Both the position numbers and the translations under genes were made by a program. Under the pieces are notes generated by a model, which saw nothing but the letters and a program-made list of their open reading frames with translations, did no database searches and was not told where the DNA came from. Of a DNA stretch of 64,000 nucleotides, positions 62,338-64,000 are shown one piece after another. This DNA is from a virus. Where the stretch lies: the IMG/VR virus record IMGVR_UViG_3300032117_000009, positions 1 through 64,000 of that record; one strand, 5' to 3'. The first letter of the stretch is position 1; every line of letters begins with the position of its first letter.

Positions 62338-64000
62338 TTACCAACTATAATTATCGTCGTAATCATCTTCATCGTCATCATCAGAATCATCATCTTCTGT
62401 ATATGAATCATATTCAGAGTCATCGTATTTTGATGAAGTAAACCAAGATGTTACATCTGGAAGTACAGCCTGCCCTTGTAATGAAGCTGGAAGCTGGGTT
62501 GTGCTTTGTTCGGTGCCTTTTGGTCCTTTTGGTCCTTCTTCAACATCTGCAACATTATTAGAAAGATCTTGTGGACCCATGCCTTCACCAAAAACAGAAC
62601 CTACACCTTCATAGTTTGTGTCTTCTATTTCAGCTAAAAACAACCTTGAAGCAAGTGTATCATGCGTAAAGAAACTATTTCCAGGTATTGTCTCAGAAAC
62701 TTCTTGTGGTTGGTTATCAACATCTTCACCAACTGTTTGGTTTGGAGCATCTACCCCAGAAAACTCTGGCCCAAGCTCTTTTGGTGATAACCTATCTGCA
62801 ATCTTTATATTACCGTTTTCATCAAAAGAATAAACTTTTGCTGTTTTAGTATTGTTATTCATATCGTAAAGATTTTTGTGGACATTTTCGATATCTTTTC
62901 TAGCTTTTTCAAAGCCTTTTTCACGACCTAAAAGACTATAAGCATGAACTGGTATTATATGTTCTTGTTGCCAACTATATCCTAAAATATTAGCATCATT
63001 ATCATATAATGGTTTAACATACCTTTCTGCATGTAAATGGGAAGAATCAGGATCTATAAGACCATTTGACGTATCGTAAAAATTAGTAAAATTATAATCT
63101 GTATCACTATAATCCCTACGCTCTATTTCGTTTTTAGGAATTCCAAATTTGTTTATATGATAATTTATATATTTATCTGCCTGAGCATTAGCTTCTTCTT
63201 CTGTTTTTGATATGCCGGTTATAGTATATAAATTATGTATTTCGTTTGGGTAGCCTTTCCATATCATTGCTTGTAATTTATGACCATTACCTATATTAGC
63301 ACTATGCTGATCTGGACGAGGGTAAAAATTATCCCAAGCTTCATCCCAAGAGCCTCCACGGTGTTCTTCAGCAAAATTTTCTCTATCTTCGTATGTTTTA
63401 TGTAATAATGGTGGATAATAAAAATGATCTCTATCATTCCAATCTGAATAATGAGTACCCCACTCTTCTGGTTCCCATTCACCAGTTATTTTATTGTAGC
63501 TAGCAAATTTATTATTTTTAGAAGAATTTATATCGTATAAATCTTTGTGGACACTTTCAATATCTTTTTTAGCTTGTGAATATAAATCATCTATGTTATT
63601 TAAATAATCCTCATATTTATAATTATAATGTGATTGTTGCCAAGAATAACCAATATGTTTGCCATTATTATCTATTAATGGTTTTATATCCCTAGTTACA
63701 ATTTGCCAACCTGGGTCACTAGGTTTTTTGTTTTTATTGCGAAAATCTCTCATTTTATAATCATCAGGATGAGTGTAATTATCAATATCATATTCACCAT
63801 CATCATTAAAACGAGAATCAATTGGCAAAGTCATATTTCCTTTATCATTTTTTATTTCAATATCCTTATGGTTGATTCCAAATTTATTTAAATGATAATT
63901 TAAATATTTATCTGCTTGAGAATGTGCTTCTTTTTCTGTTTTCCCAATACCATAAATTATATATTGAGATTCTATTCCATCATTATTTTTAAATATTCTT
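62338..64000 (-). CDS. 5'-truncated repeat-containing head-region protein (more than 553 aa)
   Basis: The frame stays open upstream of the track ATG (63834) to the window edge; two alternating repeated modules and an acidic C-terminus. Confidence 0.75.
   Translation of the reverse strand, partial: RIFKNNDGIESQYIIYGIGKTEKEAHSQADKYLNYHLNKFGINHKDIEIKNDKGNMTLPIDSRFNDDGEYDIDNYTHPDDYKMRDFRNKNKKPSDPGWQIVTRDIKPLIDNNGKHIGYSWQQSHYNYKYEDYLNNIDDLYSQAKKDIESVHKDLYDINSSKNNKFASYNKITGEWEPEEWGTHYSDWNDRDHFYYPPLLHKTYEDRENFAEEHRGGSWDEAWDNFYPRPDQHSANIGNGHKLQAMIWKGYPNEIHNLYTITGISKTEEEANAQADKYINYHINKFGIPKNEIERRDYSDTDYNFTNFYDTSNGLIDPDSSHLHAERYVKPLYDNDANILGYSWQQEHIIPVHAYSLLGREKGFEKARKDIENVHKNLYDMNNNTKTAKVYSFDENGNIKIADRLSPKELGPEFSGVDAPNQTVGEDVDNQPQEVSETIPGNSFFTHDTLASRLFLAEIEDTNYEGVGSVFGEGMGPQDLSNNVADVEEGPKGPKGTEQSTTQLPASLQGQAVLPDVTSWFTSSKYDDSEYDSYTEDDDSDDDDEDDYDDNYSW

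Noticed and set aside
1-64000. Stop-codon reassignment, suppressor tRNA, CRISPR array or DGR
   Set aside because: Long genes are intact in the standard code and use TAA, TAG and TGA as stops; no CUA/UCA/UUA anticodon, regularly spaced repeat array or reverse transcriptase was seen.

Overview
A 64-kb segment of a large, AT-rich (about 35% GC by eye) tailed dsDNA phage with a contractile tail. All credible genes are on the minus strand. Read in transcription order (right to left) it contains: a repeat-rich head-region ORF running off the window edge, a holin-like gene, a Dps gene, a 7-tRNA cluster invaded by two free-standing homing endonucleases, a series of small Cys/His-rich modular proteins, an intein-containing portal, a prohead protease, scaffold, decoration and major capsid proteins, Ser/Thr-rich virion proteins, an amidase endolysin, a glycosyltransferase-methyltransferase fusion, neck, sheath and tube genes, a tail chaperone with a -1 frameshift, the tape measure, baseplate genes, a SNF2-like helicase, a secreted Rpf-like transglycosylase, a second 7-tRNA cluster with structured non-coding elements, macrodomain and DenV-like genes, and a 5'-3' exonuclease. 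Gene order resembles Bxz1-like (cluster C-type) actinobacterial myoviruses. The Rpf domain, amidase and mostly CCA-less tRNAs suggest an actinobacterial host (inference). The most notable unexplained items are: (1) a 239-nt multibranched candidate ncRNA heading a tRNA pair; (2) a candidate head-cargo polyprotein system in which small Zn-binding modules are separated by recurrent [K/R]-x-A|S-like motifs next to a prohead protease of the herpes-assemblin/HK97 fold; (3) homing endonuclease genes whose mRNA ends would be created or destroyed by tRNA processing, one of which appears to have split tRNA-Pro and supplied a replacement 5' half. All calls were made by eye; no database searches or folding programs were run.
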